Under the pieces are notes generated by a model. The model searched no databases and was not told the origin of the DNA. It worked only from the letters and a program-made list of their open reading frames with translations. Source: a virus (taxonomy: Duplodnaviria; Caudoviricetes). From it: a stretch of DNA of 48,678 nt. Positions 24,611 to 34,355 of the stretch are shown piece after piece. Position numbers and translations under genes: made by a program. Positions within the stretch are counted from its first letter, which is position 1. Each line of letters opens with the position of its first letter. The stretch lies in IMG/VR virus record IMGVR_UViG_3300020397_000572, positions 1 to 48,678 of that record, one strand, 5' to 3'.

Positions 24611-25203
24611 TACTTACGTTTCTCCTCAATCTTATCTGCAAGACCGTATGCTATTGTTTCTTCAGCACTTAAAAAATAATCACGATCCATGTCTTTCATG
24701 AAGTCGTCATAAGTCTTACCTGCTGTGTTGTGTTTCACGTACAGCTCTGTAAGTTTTTCTTTTAGATACTGTATTTCTTTGTAACGTATTTCAATATCAC
24801 TTGCCATACCTTTTGCTCCACCACTTGGTTGATGGATCATTGTTCTTGCATTAGGTAAAAGTATACGTTTGCCTGGTGCTCCTGCTTGAGCAAGGAATGA
24901 ACCCATACTACAAGCCTGTCCTAGCACTATGGTTCTTATATCACACTTGACATATTGCATTGTATCATAAATGCTCATGCCACTTGTAATTATTCCGCCA
25001 GGACTGTTAATGTAAAAATTAATATCCTTTTCTGGATTCTCACTTTCTAAGAAAAGCATCTGTGCAACAACTATGTTTGCACTATGATCTTCAACAGGAC
25101 CATTCAACATCACAATTCTATCTTTCAATAGACGACTGTAAATGTCATATGCTCTTTCTCCTCTATTGGTAGATTCGACTACCATTGGTATTAAGTTACT
25201 CAT
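24610..25203 (-). CDS. clpP: ATP-dependent Clp protease proteolytic subunit
   Basis: [39 protein letters not shown]. Confidence 0.96.
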   Translation of the reverse strand: MSNLIPMVVESTNRGERAYDIYSRLLKDRIVMLNGPVEDHSANIVVAQMLFLESENPEKDINFYINSPGGIITSGMSIYDTMQYVKCDIRTIVLGQACSMGSFLAQAGAPGKRILLPNARTMIHQPSGGAKGMASDIEIRYKEIQYLKEKLTELYVKHNTAGKTYDDFMKDMDRDYFLSAEETIAYGLADKIEEKRK

Positions 25204-25440
25204 CTATATTCCTTTCATTTTTTTCCAGCCAGTATGTAGTATGTAAAACCATACGCCATTGATTGAAGGTTCAATAAGTGCTACTGCACCTGCCTCCCAT
25301 AAACTTGCACCAGTCAATACTGTAACCACAGTCATAGCAATAACTATGTGACCTGCCGTGTAAATCAATGCCAACATCAGACTAGAACCACTTAATATTT
25401 TTTTAAATGCGTTGTGCATTCCTTCGGTGAATTCAGTCAT
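25204..25440 (-). CDS. DUF2061-like membrane protein
   Basis: IYTAGHIVIAM...ALIEP..NGVWFYILH. Confidence 0.65.
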   Translation of the reverse strand: MTEFTEGMHNAFKKILSGSSLMLALIYTAGHIVIAMTVVTVLTGASLWEAGAVALIEPSINGVWFYILHTGWKKMKGI

Positions 25441-26092
25441 TATGTTTGCCTCCTTTCCCGTATGATACACCCATAACATTGAAACTCATGCTTATACGAG
25501 TTACCTCTGATTTGAATGGATATACCGTGTGTTTTAAACCTGCATGGAACAATAGAAAGTCTCCTGTCTTAGGAACAATTTTGTGCGTTCCATTAGAGCC
25601 TACTACGTCTGGTCCATACATGAATTCTATCTGTCCAGGACAATTCATGTTAGTGTCCTTTGTATATTCTTCTTGTGCAATTTGTTCTGGTACGTCAATG
25701 TACACAACTGAACTTATCATACCTGCGTGACTGTGCATTGGATTAAATTCATTTGCAGTTTGGAAATTTATCCACGGCCCAGTACCTAAAGTAAATTGCA
25801 TATGATCATAATCATTGTCATTGCCAACGTCTTTTATAAAATGACTTCTCACTCTTTCGTCTTCATACTTTACATAATTTTTTATGTGTGGAGTAATAAT
25901 ATAATTAAACCTGTCTAGGTCTTTGACAACAATACCTAATTGGTCTTTGATGTTACCTGCTAAATCATATCCAACATTATTCCTTGCTGTTTGTGTATCT
26001 TTGGCAACACCTTGTAAGTATGTTATCTCATCTTCTGTCAACCTACCGTGATATATTGTAGGCCCATAGGGTCTAATAATCTTATATTCCAT
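25433..26092 (-). CDS. Putative 2OG-Fe(II) oxygenase
   Basis: WINFQ..NEFNPMHSH, LKHTVYPF, RISMSFN. Confidence 0.85.
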   Translation of the reverse strand: MEYKIIRPYGPTIYHGRLTEDEITYLQGVAKDTQTARNNVGYDLAGNIKDQLGIVVKDLDRFNYIITPHIKNYVKYEDERVRSHFIKDVGNDNDYDHMQFTLGTGPWINFQTANEFNPMHSHAGMISSVVYIDVPEQIAQEEYTKDTNMNCPGQIEFMYGPDVVGSNGTHKIVPKTGDFLLFHAGLKHTVYPFKSEVTRISMSFNVMGVSYGKGGKHND

Positions 26093-26093
26093 A

Positions 26094-26327
26094 TTAATGT
26101 TTCGTCGGTCCTTTCATTTGTTCAATGTTTAATCTGGAAACAAATATTGCCTCCATTATGTCATCATAGTCTTGTGGTGTTAAACAAGACTTGTATATTC
26201 TTATTGCCTGGGCACACATTACTCCTGCTATTTCTAAAGGATCATAACCAGCTTTGTCTGTCAACATTTCGTTAACTTTGCTTTCTATTATTCTGTATGC
26301 TTCTTCAGTTCTATCGTTTTTAATCAT
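26094..26327 (-). CDS. Hypothetical protein
   Basis: Start moved to MIKNDR; PLEIAGVMCAQAIRIYK. Confidence 0.7.
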   Translation of the reverse strand: MIKNDRTEEAYRIIESKVNEMLTDKAGYDPLEIAGVMCAQAIRIYKSCLTPQDYDDIMEAIFVSRLNIEQMKGPTKH

Positions 26328-26337
26328 AACGTTCTTT

Positions 26338-26460
26338 CTATTTGTATATGAAAGGATCTTTCTTTTGTAACTCTTTGATTCTCTTTTTGAACTTTCTACG
26401 TTCTTTCCAATTTTCAAAAAAGCCAACGATCCTTTTGTATAGTTTCTTTAACCAAACCAT
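26338..26460 (-). CDS. Small basic protein ending KDPFIYK (40 aa, not in ORF track)
   Basis: AGGAG RBS; MVWLKKLYKRIVGFFENWKERRKFKKRIKELQKKDPFIYK. Confidence 0.65.
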   Translation of the reverse strand: MVWLKKLYKRIVGFFENWKERRKFKKRIKELQKKDPFIYK

Positions 26461-27455
26461 TGTTTGCTCCTTAATTTAATTTTTAATTCGCTGTCTTCTG
26501 TGGAAGATACTATTGTGTGTAAAGTATACATTCTGCCATACTTCATAACAGCATCATTGACATCTTTTACTTCATCTTCCCAATCAGGCATACTAACTGA
26601 CCAACCTAGTTCAATAGCTTGTTCAAGTAATTTTTGACCATTCTCATCTCTATCTGGAACTAGAATTACTTTTTTATTTAATGATTTGATCAGTAGTGCT
26701 TGTTGATCTTTGACTTCACTTCCTAGCAACGCAACACCATCTACACCAAGTGCATCAAAAGGACCTTCAACAACAATAGTAAATATTCTATTGTAATTTT
26801 GTGCATCAAAATTAAAAACGTATCCAGGTTGTTGTTCGCTTAAATATTTTGGATTACCATCTGTAACTTTTCTAGCAGTCCAACCTACAACATCACCTTT
26901 GTAGTAAAAAGGCACGATCAGTCTATCACGATAGCCTAGCTTAGGTGTCCAATGAAAGTTGTAGTCATCAATATTGAGTTGCCTTTTCTTCATATATTCT
27001 GCAACCTTAAATAAGTTTTCATCAATACCAGTTGGCTCTAGTGCCTGCCAGTCATCCCAGTTGTTGATTGGTCTTGCACCTTCTGGCAGTTCTACAGTTT
27101 TAAACTCTGGCAAGGACACAATGTCTTGTGTCAATCCTTTTGTTTCATTGTACTGTAGAACTGCTAGGGCCAATTTAGTAATTGTATCATCTGAGGCGCC
27201 TAGCCATTGAAGTAACCGTTTCATCTTTGAGGAAAGTTTTCGACCCTCATTCCAACTTGCTTTGAAGCCACAGTTGAAGCAGTGATAAGAAACACCACCA
27301 CTTGGATTGGTAATCAAACCGCCACGTTGTCTTGTATCTTGAGTAGTTCCATTATGTGGACAACATGGAGCATTGAAACTGGTCCAACCACTCGGAGTCG
27401 TTTTCCGTTTTGCGGGAAGATGTGCGATTAATGTATCAAAGACTAAACTACTCAT
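26448..27455 (-). CDS. gp61: DNA primase, T4 gp61-like
   Basis: Zn domain CCPH..HCFNCG; TOPRIM VEGPFDA, PDRD, KDVND; leaderless promoter at 27462-27490. Confidence 0.9.
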   Translation of the reverse strand: MSSLVFDTLIAHLPAKRKTTPSGWTSFNAPCCPHNGTTQDTRQRGGLITNPSGGVSYHCFNCGFKASWNEGRKLSSKMKRLLQWLGASDDTITKLALAVLQYNETKGLTQDIVSLPEFKTVELPEGARPINNWDDWQALEPTGIDENLFKVAEYMKKRQLNIDDYNFHWTPKLGYRDRLIVPFYYKGDVVGWTARKVTDGNPKYLSEQQPGYVFNFDAQNYNRIFTIVVEGPFDALGVDGVALLGSEVKDQQALLIKSLNKKVILVPDRDENGQKLLEQAIELGWSVSMPDWEDEVKDVNDAVMKYGRMYTLHTIVSSTEDSELKIKLRSKQWFG

Positions 27456-27490
27456 AATATAATTATAGTATAGTCTTAAAGAAAAGTCAA

Positions 27491-28276
27491 CTAGTTTCTT
27501 ACTAAAACCTTATCAATTGTTCCGGAAGTTTTTACGTATCTAACTCTCAAATGATTGAACACACCATTAAAATTAATATAGTTTGGTTGTGTGGTATTGG
27601 TTAGGTTTACTTTTGCTATGTCACCAAATTTGGTTGATCCAGTTACAGTATTATCTAATGTTCCTTCAATAAAAACTTCACCTACAAAGTCTGTGCTATA
27701 AATGGCCGCAGTATGTAGTGCTTCATTTCCATTTATTGCAGGTTGTCCACTTATTGTTTCACTTGTAAAGATATCAGTGTTGACTCCTGTTTCAGTAAAT
27801 GTTTTAATTGAATATGTATCAGTAGGTCCTGGAAAAGCATCGCCCTTGATCTCAATAGTTCCTTTTGCGTTATAATGTGTGTTAGCATAGGTCAGTGTTT
27901 TTGCACTATCAGATGTAGCAACCAAGTATACATTGTAGGCGGCGAACTGTGACTTCAAGCTGAGAAGGTCATTCTCTGTGATTGTTACAGTAAACTGTCC
28001 TTTAAAAGAAGGCGTTGATGTTTCTTTGATTGTGCCTTCACGTTCAATGATTTGTGTATTGTTTTCGTCAAACATTACAAAATAAGGCTTGTAAGTATTT
28101 AAAATACTAACAGGCTTCTGGTCTGGGTTTTTAATCTCAAAGGTAAGCACATTGTCAATACCTCTGTAGACTGTCATATTTCTTGCGTACACTGGTCTAT
28201 ACTCCGTTATGTTGTTAGTCAGATCTGCTATCAATACTGACTTATTGGTTGCTAAATATCGATATGTTAGTTGCAT
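27491..28276 (-). CDS. Beta-rich, probably structural protein
   Basis: TAAATA upstream; YRGIDNVLTFEIKNPDQKP; Thr-rich. Confidence 0.6.
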   Translation of the reverse strand: MQLTYRYLATNKSVLIADLTNNITEYRPVYARNMTVYRGIDNVLTFEIKNPDQKPVSILNTYKPYFVMFDENNTQIIEREGTIKETSTPSFKGQFTVTITENDLLSLKSQFAAYNVYLVATSDSAKTLTYANTHYNAKGTIEIKGDAFPGPTDTYSIKTFTETGVNTDIFTSETISGQPAINGNEALHTAAIYSTDFVGEVFIEGTLDNTVTGSTKFGDIAKVNLTNTTQPNYINFNGVFNHLRVRYVKTSGTIDKVLVRN

Positions 28277-28295
28277 ACACATATTTATCGAGAAA

Positions 28296-28673
28296 ATGTT
28301 ATTAAAAGATATTGAAAAAAACTTCCCTTATCTAAGCATTGTGCAGTACGGTGGCAATGAATACGTGGGTATCATTAACAACCAGGACAACAATGTTACA
28401 AGTATGTACGTTTATACTTTGCTTAGAAGTGATGAAGAAAAGAAACACTTTGTTGAGATGGGCGAAGTATGGTGGCACGAAAGCAATCGGACTATACCCA
28501 TAGCAATATTTTTACCTAGAGAATTTGCACAATTTAGGCATTGCCTAATTACAATGAATAGTAAAGATGTTAAGGTTACTGCCGGCCCTGTGGTCAACAT
28601 AGGCAATCTTGCAATCAAACGTGTGAAAAGAAAGAGTGTACAACTTGTACGGAAACCTTTTATAAAAAAGTAA
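28296..28673 (+). CDS. Conserved hypothetical protein
   Basis: FPYLS..YGGNEYVGII and WWHESNRTIPI motifs; TAAATA upstream. Confidence 0.75.
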   Translation: MLLKDIEKNFPYLSIVQYGGNEYVGIINNQDNNVTSMYVYTLLRSDEEKKHFVEMGEVWWHESNRTIPIAIFLPREFAQFRHCLITMNSKDVKVTAGPVVNIGNLAIKRVKRKSVQLVRKPFIKK

Positions 28674-28805
28674 GAGGACCTTCTTTTTCTTTTTTAGCTT
28701 CTTCTTCAGCTTTATGATGTTTTGAAGCAACTATGTAAGCAATAAAAAATCCTATTACAGTTACAGTAACACCAAAGAAAAACATTCCTATACCAAATGA
28801 GGCTG

Positions 28806-29210
28806 TCATATAGTTTTTGCTATTGTTATCATTCTTTCTACTAGACTACCAAAGCCCACTTGCCTTTGCATAGTAAGTAAGTTTCTTATACCCAATCCTT
28901 CGAAACTTTCTAATGTGAGATGTGCAATTTCACTTCTGTGTTCACCATTGAGTAAGTCAACCAAAACTTTTGCAGTACCTTTTGTAATCCAGGCATCTGC
29001 ATCATGTTTGTATGACATGGTGCCGTCTTTGTTCATGTGTCCTACCACCCATAAATTACTAGCACAACCTCTAATTTTATTTTCATCTATCTTATCTTTT
29101 TCATCTAATGGCGGAACTTCTCTTGCTATGTCAATCAGATATTGAAGTCTGTCATGCCCTTCTAAGGGAGCCATCTCTTCACCACGTGCTTTAATTTTGT
29201 CTAGTATCAT
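28806..29210 (-). CDS. sufE: SufE sulfur-acceptor protein
   Basis: RLQYLID, IRGCASNLW, DADAWITKG, LTMQRQVG. Confidence 0.9.
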   Translation of the reverse strand: MILDKIKARGEEMAPLEGHDRLQYLIDIAREVPPLDEKDKIDENKIRGCASNLWVVGHMNKDGTMSYKHDADAWITKGTAKVLVDLLNGEHRSEIAHLTLESFEGLGIRNLLTMQRQVGFGSLVERMITIAKTI

Positions 29211-29944
29211 CTATATCGTTTTGGACTTAATTTTTCTCTGTAATGTTGTGCCTTGAATAAACTGTTGTGAATAAATTGTGTAACTTTATTCTTCATGCTT
29301 CTATGGTCACCTACCTCAACTTCCATTTCGTAATCTTCTCGCTTGAATGGAATAACTTGACATATAGGCATACCATATTCAAATGTTATCTCTTCACCCA
29401 TTGGTGCAGTAAAGAAACTATTGATGTGGGCTTCATGATACAAGTCAGTATCAATGACTCCATTCATAATTTCTAAATTATCATGTTTGTTATAGTAAGG
29501 TGCAATTACATAACAACTATATCCTGGAGGAGTTTTTATATACCAAGGATTCATAAATTTAAAACTTCCTTTGAATGTGTTAGGACCAAATGGATATGCA
29601 GATATCTGTTCCATTGGATGTGTACTTGCACCAAACAAACTTTGTTGTCCTCCTGGCATTCTCCATCTTATACCTTGCGGTTGTTCTGGTGTTTCAGGAA
29701 CACGTACTACTTTGTAATCGCTCCACAAAGGAATGATATATCCCATGTTAAGCACATCAAGTATACCTGGACAACTTTTTACTGTCTTTGGTCCACCTCT
29801 GTCTATTGATTCTTGTGTAGGTGCTATCTCTGGAGTCTTCTGTTTCTTAAACCATTCAGGCCAAAATTTACTTGCTGGCACTGGTGGCAAACTTATTTTA
29901 AGTTCTTCAAAGTTTGTAAAGAATGTTACCTTAGTTGTTTTCAT
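29207..29944 (-). CDS. Hypothetical beta-rich protein (PEWFK..CP family), paralog of 34905..35636
   Basis: PEWFKK, KSCPGILD, GYIIPLW, PWYIKTPPGYS, GMPICQVIPF. Confidence 0.75.
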   Translation of the reverse strand: MKTTKVTFFTNFEELKISLPPVPASKFWPEWFKKQKTPEIAPTQESIDRGGPKTVKSCPGILDVLNMGYIIPLWSDYKVVRVPETPEQPQGIRWRMPGGQQSLFGASTHPMEQISAYPFGPNTFKGSFKFMNPWYIKTPPGYSCYVIAPYYNKHDNLEIMNGVIDTDLYHEAHINSFFTAPMGEEITFEYGMPICQVIPFKREDYEMEVEVGDHRSMKNKVTQFIHNSLFKAQHYREKLSPKRYR

Positions 29945-30500
29945 TTTTTAAATTTTCGCATATTAAATTCATTTGTACAACTATGGCATGAGCATAAGCA
30001 ACTGCGTGTGCCTTCTTAAAGTAGTATGAACCATCACTTGGTTTTACCCACACCTCTTTCATTATGTCTGGCCATGACCTGTCTATAAGATGCCTCTTCG
30101 CTGGTCTTATTATCGCCAGTGTTGCCGCTAGTTGTTCTATCGTTGTCGGCTTCAACTTTTGTAGGAGTGAACTGTGTTCTCCTACGTGAAATAATTTGTC
30201 GCTGAATTCTTTGTGAGTAAGTAAATCCCATAATGGCTCCTTATGTAAAAGTCTGTTGAGTTGTTCTTCGCTTGTGATATCTTTATATAGACTTACATTC
30301 AAAAAGTCTAATTTAAAATATCCTCTATCATCTGCCTCTTCATAATCAAGAGTAGACATATTATCCACAGGGTTATGTGGAATCTCAGTTACATAGACAC
30401 CAGTGTTGTGTTTTTTATCTTTGTTTAACCTTGCTACTCGATGATTAATTTTATCAAGTATTATGTCTCTGTCAGCAAAGTCTATATCTATATCTGGCAT
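29931..30500 (-). CDS. Minimal DnaE-like protein (189 aa)
   Basis: MPDIDIDF, KHNTGVY, YFKLDFL, LAIIRP, FKKAHAVAYA. Confidence 0.85.
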   Translation of the reverse strand: MPDIDIDFADRDIILDKINHRVARLNKDKKHNTGVYVTEIPHNPVDNMSTLDYEEADDRGYFKLDFLNVSLYKDITSEEQLNRLLHKEPLWDLLTHKEFSDKLFHVGEHSSLLQKLKPTTIEQLAATLAIIRPAKRHLIDRSWPDIMKEVWVKPSDGSYYFKKAHAVAYAHAIVVQMNLICENLKNENN

Positions 30501-31186
30501 TAGAGTCCTGCTTCTTTCACTATTTCTTTTACTAGCTCTACGTCAGCAACATGACGTTTGAAACGCAAAGCCCAGTGCTGTGGATTCATTACATGATATA
30601 CAATTTGTAGTTGTTCATCATTAAATTTTCCAAGCATATCTTTTCCTGTCTTACAATTTAAAATTAACCAAGGACTTATTTTTCCATCCTTGATGTCTTG
30701 TGTTGCTCTGTTTAAACTTGCATAATTAAAATAATCTTGCCAACGTGCTTCTTTGTCCTCACCCCAATCCATCATTGTTTTTACACTACGTTCTAGTGCA
30801 GTTTCAACACTTTCTTTCAATATTAATTCAAGTGCATATTTCTCATACAGTTCTTCTTTGCACCATTGATCCAATTTTACTCCGCTTGTAACAACATAGT
30901 CTACATATTTTTCTGGATACAGTGGACGCACATTGTTTACAAACGAACCAAACTTTACAAAAGCATTGTAATAAGGACTGTCACAAAACTGTTCATATGT
31001 TTTATCTTCTTTTGCCTTTTGACATAGCTTGTAAAATCTATTGAAAGTTAAGAAGCCTATCTGCACACGTTTCTCATCTTTCTGAAAGTGTCTACGTTTC
31101 TTTTCACACATATGAACTGCAAGAGTCTTTTCTCTTGTAAAACTTGCACCACAGTAAGGACAAACAAATGGCTTAGAGCTTGACAT
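30500..31186 (-). CDS. Conserved protein with N-terminal C2H2-like zinc finger
   Basis: FVCPYCGASFTREKTLAVHMC; start moved to MSSSK. Confidence 0.75.
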   Translation of the reverse strand: MSSSKPFVCPYCGASFTREKTLAVHMCEKKRRHFQKDEKRVQIGFLTFNRFYKLCQKAKEDKTYEQFCDSPYYNAFVKFGSFVNNVRPLYPEKYVDYVVTSGVKLDQWCKEELYEKYALELILKESVETALERSVKTMMDWGEDKEARWQDYFNYASLNRATQDIKDGKISPWLILNCKTGKDMLGKFNDEQLQIVYHVMNPQHWALRFKRHVADVELVKEIVKEAGL

Positions 31187-31640
31187 CTTTTTTATCCAGC
31201 CCGTGGTCTTCTGCGTACTGTTTAAGTTCTTGTTTTGTAGATATTGTAGCAAGTAAATTTACCTCATCTTCTTTCATGTTAGGAAACATTTCTTTTAACC
31301 ATTTAACTACTTTGACATCACCACCTTTTTGTTTCAAACCTTGCCAAACGTGTTGTCTTGATTTGCGTGATGCGTTGTGCGTTGCACATAGCAACTGCCA
31401 TTGTAGTTTAGGATGTCTAGTTCCTAGTATGTTCCAATTTTTGTTGTAGTATTCATTTGTAGAAACCACTGCCCATTCTTTTGCATCTCTTGATCCAGCT
31501 ACCGAACTAGCATATCGATTTAATAACCAAAAGTTAAGTTCTTTTCGTTCTTCATCTGACCATTCATCAAAGGCGCCTTTTGCGTCCATGTCCATGGCCA
31601 TAAATATTTCATTCAGCGGCAGTTTTCTTTTCGGCTTCAT
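31173..31640 (-). CDS. Possible clamp-loader small subunit (gp62-like)
   Basis: FWLLNRYAS...NEYYN...HPKLQWQLL pattern; replication context. Confidence 0.45.
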   Translation of the reverse strand: MKPKRKLPLNEIFMAMDMDAKGAFDEWSDEERKELNFWLLNRYASSVAGSRDAKEWAVVSTNEYYNKNWNILGTRHPKLQWQLLCATHNASRKSRQHVWQGLKQKGGDVKVVKWLKEMFPNMKEDEVNLLATISTKQELKQYAEDHGLDKKDVKL

Positions 31641-31869
31641 CTTTTATAGTATACCATATTGTCTTTAATCTGTCAAGTTGTTTCTTGAGTATCGGATAGT
31701 CTTCTGCATAAGCCTTGCAGTCTTCAAAATCTTGGAATTCAAAAATATCTGGTTGCTTATTGGACTCAACGAGCCATCTTGGTATTTTGTTGTTGTCTCT
31801 GTATTTGGCATACACAGTATCTCCCCCATCTGGTGATTCATAAATTAAAGGTCCGTTTTTTTTGGGCAT
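31609..31869 (-). CDS. Hypothetical protein (IYESPDGGxTVY family)
   Basis: Motif LIYESPDGGDTVYA. Confidence 0.75.
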   Translation of the reverse strand: MPKKNGPLIYESPDGGDTVYAKYRDNNKIPRWLVESNKQPDIFEFQDFEDCKAYAEDYPILKKQLDRLKTIWYTIKDEAEKKTAAE

Positions 31870-31894
31870 AGTATTTCCCTATGTTAAGTTATTA

Positions 31895-32248
31895 TTATTT
31901 TGAAACTTTTGTGCCAACTGTGCGTCTGACAATGTCGTCATGATTGAATTCAGCCCAGTACAATTCAAAAGCAACTCCATCTTCTAAGCCTTCAAATTGA
32001 TGCACCTTGCCAGGTTTGACTTGCGTAAAGTCACCTGCTTCAAGAATTGTTTCATCAACCAAACCTTCCTGATCATCTTGCCAAACTCTAACAATCATCT
32101 TGCCAGACTCAACAAAGAAGCCATTCCATTTGAATTTGTGTTCGTGTTCTGAACACTTGAAACCTTTCTTAAATTCTATTCTATGAAACTCAAGAACTCC
32201 ATTAGCATGAATGAGTTCTGTCTGTCCCCATATCTTACCTGCTTTCAT
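31895..32248 (-). CDS. Cupin-domain protein (sugar isomerase-like)
   Basis: KIWG, CSEHEH..KWNGFFVESG, PGKVHQF. Confidence 0.85.
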   Translation of the reverse strand: MKAGKIWGQTELIHANGVLEFHRIEFKKGFKCSEHEHKFKWNGFFVESGKMIVRVWQDDQEGLVDETILEAGDFTQVKPGKVHQFEGLEDGVAFELYWAEFNHDDIVRRTVGTKVSK

Positions 32249-32462
32249 CTTTATCTCCGAAATACTTTTTTGAATACCATTTGTAGAATGCTTTGTCAGT
32301 GAAAAATTCTGCTATGTCTTGTGCAGGAACTTGATCTGATCTAATACAATCTGCTAATGCTTCATATTCATATGTGTCTACTTTTCGTGTCATTTTTCTA
32401 TCCTTGTTAGTTCTTGCTAATGTTTCAACCATGCGGTCTGTAATCTCCTGTCTATCTATCAC
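32235..32462 (-). CDS. Hypothetical protein
   Basis: YEALADCIRSDQVP; coupled to neighbours. Confidence 0.7.
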   Translation of the reverse strand: MIDRQEITDRMVETLARTNKDRKMTRKVDTYEYEALADCIRSDQVPAQDIAEFFTDKAFYKWYSKKYFGDKDESR

Positions 32463-33226
32463 GTATCAATAAACTTAAATAACTTTTCCACAACGTGACC
32501 GTCTATGTTTACATATCGTCTGTGGTGTGTTGGATTTTCACGTGGCGTAACTCCATGTAAACTATTCACAGAATTTAAAAAACAAGCCATAGTATTTCTC
32601 TTATAAGGAATATGATCTACAACTTCAATGTCTTCTGCTACTGCTTCTCTGCCAGTTACTCTACGCCATTGTTTGCCTGCTGTGTTTCTATAAATGTTAA
32701 GTCCACCATCTTCTTTGGTATCTTGTGGATTCTTAAAATAAAACAAACAAGCAAATAATTCTTTTGATTGATCAACGTGCGGTGTTCTAATCTGTATGTG
32801 ATCCTTTGCGTTTACAACAAATTGCATTTCCATTCTTACTGTTGCACCTACTGGATTTCTTCTTGGGCTTACATCTGATCTTATATATTTTGTGTATAAG
32901 TCTTCTGCAAATCTACCTTTAGGATATAAGTCAGTCATTGGTTTTCTAAATGCTCTTACCACCTCATCTTTGTATTGTTTGCTAGAATGATATGCGGCAA
33001 AGTCTCTCCACAAAGGAGTGACATGGTTGTAATCAAACTCATGTTGGCAATATCTTGCAGTACCAAAGCCGCCTTCTTGCATCTTTGTGATATGTTGTTC
33101 AGGATATTCTGCTTCTAATCTTTCATACAAGTCCCATGGTAAAACTTCAGGTATGTGTATGTAAGGAAATGGATCTGTCTTTAAATGCAGGTCAGGATTA
33201 AAATTTTGTAATACACTTAGGTTCAT
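32459..33226 (-). CDS. 2OG-Fe(II) oxygenase
   Basis: PHVD, GGLNIY, SLHGVTPR, RRYVN. Confidence 0.85.
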   Translation of the reverse strand: MNLSVLQNFNPDLHLKTDPFPYIHIPEVLPWDLYERLEAEYPEQHITKMQEGGFGTARYCQHEFDYNHVTPLWRDFAAYHSSKQYKDEVVRAFRKPMTDLYPKGRFAEDLYTKYIRSDVSPRRNPVGATVRMEMQFVVNAKDHIQIRTPHVDQSKELFACLFYFKNPQDTKEDGGLNIYRNTAGKQWRRVTGREAVAEDIEVVDHIPYKRNTMACFLNSVNSLHGVTPRENPTHHRRYVNIDGHVVEKLFKFIDT

Positions 33227-33945
33227 TTGTACTTCTTTCCGATCTCATCGCTTGTTATATTGTCGCCACTGTACAAATGTTGTTGTGGAATCTCAAATGG
33301 TGCATCAACTTTTTTCTGTATGATAGCACAAACCATAGGGTCACGTTCCCAACTATCAAGTTGAAAATCATTTCTATAACCTTTGTATCTACGCAATTTT
33401 TCCACTGCACATTTCTCCAAGCGGTCACCGTTACTTGTACCTATCCACAAGCCTTTTAGATCATAATTGTTTTGTAATGCTAAACAAGGATACAAGTTAG
33501 GTTGTGTGTTAAAGAAACCATGATCAACCCAACGGTAAAAAGGAAGGACGTGGATCATATATCCACCTACCTTTGTTAAATCGTGTGTGTTTTTGTATAC
33601 TGTATATTGATTGAAAACGTGTTCACCAGTACCATTGTTTGTTACTAAATCAAATTTTTCAGTCCAGTTATATTGCTTACTGATGTCAGTGTTAAGGTCC
33701 ATTGCAACTGCGTCCATGTCTGTGTTGACATCTATTGCAAGATATTTTGTAAAACCTAAATTTAGAAAAAATTCTTTTGTTGATGTAGGAGTTTTGTGTA
33801 TACCTAATCTTTGATACAGTTTTGATCTTGATTTGTTATTTTTTAATCTTTGATTACCTAGTTCGCAGACTGTTGGACTAGGCTTGTTGAGTATGTCATC
33901 AACAACACTATCAATGGCAGTTGTAATTAAATTTGTAAAACTCAT
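33223..33945 (-). CDS. SAM-dependent methyltransferase-like protein
   Basis: VCELGNQ, FDLVTNNGTGEHVFNQ, GGYMIH. Confidence 0.8.
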   Translation of the reverse strand: MSFTNLITTAIDSVVDDILNKPSPTVCELGNQRLKNNKSRSKLYQRLGIHKTPTSTKEFFLNLGFTKYLAIDVNTDMDAVAMDLNTDISKQYNWTEKFDLVTNNGTGEHVFNQYTVYKNTHDLTKVGGYMIHVLPFYRWVDHGFFNTQPNLYPCLALQNNYDLKGLWIGTSNGDRLEKCAVEKLRRYKGYRNDFQLDSWERDPMVCAIIQKKVDAPFEIPQQHLYSGDNITSDEIGKKYK

Positions 33946-34355
33946 TTTACTCTATTCCCTCTCAATGCAAAGAACAATCCTCCGCAGTATAACATTAAAT
34001 GAAAGTGTTCATACAGTATCACATACATTATACTTTCAGGCTCGCTAATAAGTATTACTCCTGTCATTATTCCGCATATTACTATTCCTGAAAAACGTGT
34101 AAGCACATCACCTACGCCAGGACGTAAAGCAATAGTCAACCCGCCCACAAATAATAATATACCTGCAAACAATTCACCCCATGCTACAAAAAACCAAACG
34201 GTCATTGGCAAGCCAAATGCTTCTGCGTCTTCAATATTTAATGGTAGTTTTTGTAATCCTTGTAATATGAAAACTATTGCTAAAGGAGTTCTGATTAACC
34301 AATTTGCTCCTTTGAATTCAGGAATCTTTTTTAGATAACCTTCTAGTTTTTCCAT
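33942..34355 (-). CDS. DoxX-family membrane protein
   Basis: LIRTPLAIVFILQGLQK, AWGELFAG; four TMs. Confidence 0.8.
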   Translation of the reverse strand: MEKLEGYLKKIPEFKGANWLIRTPLAIVFILQGLQKLPLNIEDAEAFGLPMTVWFFVAWGELFAGILLFVGGLTIALRPGVGDVLTRFSGIVICGIMTGVILISEPESIMYVILYEHFHLMLYCGGLFFALRGNRVK

